From NCBI GenBank assembly GCA_963785835.1, contig CAWAWO010000002.1, positions 624,867 to 688,866 on the forward strand: a stretch of 64,000 nucleotides of DNA, written 5' to 3'. This stretch comes from an uncultured Actinomycetes bacterium (lineage in GTDB: Bacteria; Actinomycetota; UBA4738; HRBIN12). Numbering within the stretch: the stretch's first letter is position 1; the number at the start of each line of letters is the position of its first letter. Below are positions 61,693 through 64,000 of the stretch, in pieces. Under the pieces are notes generated by a model. It did no database searches. It saw only the letters and a program-made list of their open reading frames with translations, and was not told where the DNA came from. The position numbers were made by a program, and so were the translations under genes.

Positions 61693-63485
61693 GTGGCTGG
61701 ACGGATCAGGGACGAGGACCTCGCGGCCGTCCGCGAGCGAACCGACATGCTCAAGCTCGTCTCCGGCTACGTCACCCTGAAGAAGGCCGGCAACGACAGC
61801 TTCGTCGGGCTGTGTCCGTTCCACACGGAGAAGACCCCGTCGCTCTCGGTGTCGCCCAGCAAGGGGATGTACCACTGTTTCGGCTGCGGCGCAGGTGGTG
61901 ACGCGATCCGGTTCCTCCGTGAGGTCGAGCACCTCGAGTTCGCGGAGGCGGTCGAGCGGCTGGCGAAGGAGGCCGGGATCACGCTGCGGTACGAAGGGGA
62001 CACGCCGGCCGAACGCCGCGCCGCATCTCGCCGTCAGGTGCTGCACCGGGCCAACGAGTCCGCGTTCGAGCTGTACCACCAGATGCTGCTCGAGGGGCGG
62101 GAAGGCGAGGAGGCGCGCCGGTACCTCGCGGAGCGGGGGATCGACCGCGACACCTCGGTCGAGTTCGGGATCGGCTACGCGCCGGGGTACTCCGGACTTC
62201 CTGCTCCGCCGGTTGGCGCGGTCGCTCTCGCCCGAGGTGCTCGTCGAGTCGGGCCTCGTCTTGCGGGACCAGGAGGGCAACGTCCGCGATCGGTTCCGAG
62301 GCCGGATCACGTTCCCCGTCCACGATCTCTCGGGGAAGCCGGTCGGGATCGGCGCCCGGACGCTTCCCTCAGCGGGAAGCGCGCGCGACGAGGGTCCGAA
62401 GTACCTGAACTCGCCGGAGACCCCCATCTACCGGAAGGGCGAGGTCCTCTACAACCTGCATCGCGCGAAGTCCGTCGTCGCGAGGTCCGGCGAGGTCTTC
62501 GTGGTCGAGGGCTACACGGACGTGATCGCGATGTCGCGGGCGGGTCTCGCCAACGCTGTGGCCACGTGCGGCACGGCCCTCGGCGAGGGTCACTTCCGCC
62601 TCGCGTCCCGGTTCGCGCAGCGGATGGTCCTCGCGTTCGACTCGGACGAGGCCGGAGCGCGGGCGGCCGAGCGAGCCTTCGAGTTCGTCGAGCGCTTCCC
62701 GGTCCGGCCCGTCGTGATGATCCTGCCCGAGGGCCTCGATCCGGCCGAGTTCGTGCAGAAGCACGGTCCCGACGCTCTGCGGGAGCTCGCCGATCGAGCC
62801 GTCCCGCTCGTCGAGTACATGATCCGCCGGACCGTCGGCCGCCACGATCTCTCCTCGATCGAGGGCCAGAGCGCCGCGGTGGCGGCGACGGTCCCGGTGC
62901 TCGAGGCCCTGACCGACCCGGTTCGCCAGGGCGAGTACGCCCACCTGCTGGCCGAGCTCGCTGGCGTGTCCGAGGGGTCCGTGGTGCTGGCCCTGGAACG
63001 GCGCCTGGCCGGCCGCCCCGTCGACGTCGCCGCCACGGTCAAGCGGGTCTCCGCGCAGGAGAAGGTCGAGCGGGAGATGCTCCGGCTGCTCGCTCGCGAT
63101 CTCGAGACGTTCCGCGCGCTCGCGCCGAGGCTGCCGGAGGAGTACTTCCAGTCTGCGCAGCACCGCGCTCTGCTGAAGCAGCTCGCAGATGCCGGGGGTG
63201 ACGTTCGGACCGGAGTCGTGGACGCGCAGGACGAGGAGTCAAGACGGGCGCTCACGGCGCTCGCGCTCGAACCGCTCGAGGGCGAGGCGGGGCCCGACTA
63301 CGCCGAAGACGTCCTTGCCCGGCTCCAGGAGTTCGCGCTCAAGACGGAAGAGCGCGAGGCTCCGCAAGGAGCTGCAGAAGATGAACCCGACGACCGACGA
63401 TCGCTACGACGAGCTGTTCCAGCAACTGATCGCGACCGACGGGGAGCTCCGACGCCTCCGTGAACGCGGACACGTCCACGCGTAG
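61693..63485 (+). pseudogene. dnaG: DNA primase, two +1 frameshifts (about 62193 and 63335-63362)
   Basis: GTG 61693 follows GAAGGAGGG. Zinc finger CPFHTEKTPSLSV...YHCFGCGAGGD. Frame 2 resumes PDFLLRRLA...RFRGRITFPV...KYLNSPETPIYRKGEVLYN...VVEGYTDVIA (TOPRIM)...LAFDSDEAG. Frame 3 supplies the C-terminus LRKELQKMNPTTDDRYDELFQQL. The span is 1793 nt = 3n+2. Confidence 0.9.
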
Positions 63486-63533
63486 AGGGGCTCAGCGAGC
63501 GGTTTCGGCGAGACGAGATCCGTTCGGGTCACC

Positions 63534-64000
63534 ATGGGTTCCGTCCCGTACACTTCCCGGCGTCCTCCCCCCCGAAGACTGGGAGCCGCAGCGTTGACGG
63601 AAGTAGCCCGCGACCTGGGTCTGGAAGAAGCGAAGGAGCAGATCACCGCCCGCGGGCGTGAGCGGGGCTTCGTCACGTCGGACGACCTGCTCGACGCGGT
63701 CCCCGTCGAGGACTTCACGCCCGAACAGGTCGAGGACTTCCTGTCGCAGGTCGAGGAGCATCTGCGCGGCGAGGGCATCGAGGTCATCGAGGTGCCCGGC
63801 GACGAGGTCGACGCCACCGCCCAGCGACAGCTCGACGTCGATCTGCTGAAGGCGCCCACGAACGACCCCGTTCGGATGTACCTGAAGGAGATCGGCAAGG
63901 TGCCGCTCCTGACGGCCGCCCAGGAGGTCGATCTCGCCCGGCGGATCGAGGCTGGGGAGTTCGCCACCGAGCTCCGTGAGTTCATGGAGGAGGACGAGCG
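63534..64000 (+). CDS. rpoD: principal sigma factor (RpoD/SigA), 5' part; continues past the window end
   Basis: The frame is open to the window edge. Region 1.2-like sequence reads [38 protein letters not shown]. The start is ATG 63534 or TTG 63594 and cannot be resolved here. Confidence 0.85.
   Translation, partial: MGSVPYTSRRPPPRRLGAAALTEVARDLGLEEAKEQITARGRERGFVTSDDLLDAVPVEDFTPEQVEDFLSQVEEHLRGEGIEVIEVPGDEVDATAQRQLDVDLLKAPTNDPVRMYLKEIGKVPLLTAAQEVDLARRIEAGEFATELREFMEEDE

Overview
This is a very GC-rich (about 70% by eye) bacterial chromosomal segment, and nearly all of it is conserved housekeeping synteny of the kind seen in Actinobacteria-type genomes. Gene order: ndk (3' end); fabD-fabH-fabG-acpP-fabF (minus strand); mreB-mreC-mreD-mrdA-rodA; a cytoplasmic REC-histidine kinase; rne-rplU-rpmA, an antisense hypothetical, then obg-nadD-LytR_C-rsfS; small membrane proteins; tRNA-Ala(GGC); a class III nucleotidyl cyclase; leuS; an orphan membrane histidine kinase; comEA-comEC-holA; rpsT; lepA-hemW; an ECF sigma factor with an overlapping PD40/FG-GAP membrane protein; CIRCE-hrcA-dnaJ-HIT-phoH-ybeY-corC-cdd-era; a cupredoxin lipoprotein; deoC plus two ALDH genes; decayed fragments; a cupin; recO-uppS; an FkbM methyltransferase; glyQS; a small membrane protein plus an HExxH lipoprotein; ppdK; a cell-envelope cluster (M15 peptidase, SPOR-like protein, lipoproteins, YdcF, second cupredoxin); dgt-dnaG-rpoD (5' end). 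I found no CRISPR array, rRNA, transposase, integrase or recognisable defence system. The most striking feature is technical or evolutionary rather than a new system. About 28 single-base indels, mostly +1 insertions, break or silently scramble genes in the last 31 kb, against 3 in the first 33 kb. Essential genes are hit (glyQS, era, dnaG, recO, ppdK, hemW, ybeY). I interpret these as assembly or basecalling errors, but reads are needed to confirm that. Indel positions were located by eye from frame switches in conserved proteins and are accurate to a few nt. The best candidates for unexplored biology are: (1) the ECF sigma / PD40-FG-GAP membrane protein pair inserted between hemW and hrcA; (2) a cyclase gene bracketed by tRNA-Ala and a decayed copy of its 3' half; (3) two paralogous amicyanin/plastocyanin-like lipoproteins; (4) the envelope cluster between ppdK and dgt. 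None of these is demonstrably a novel system from sequence alone.
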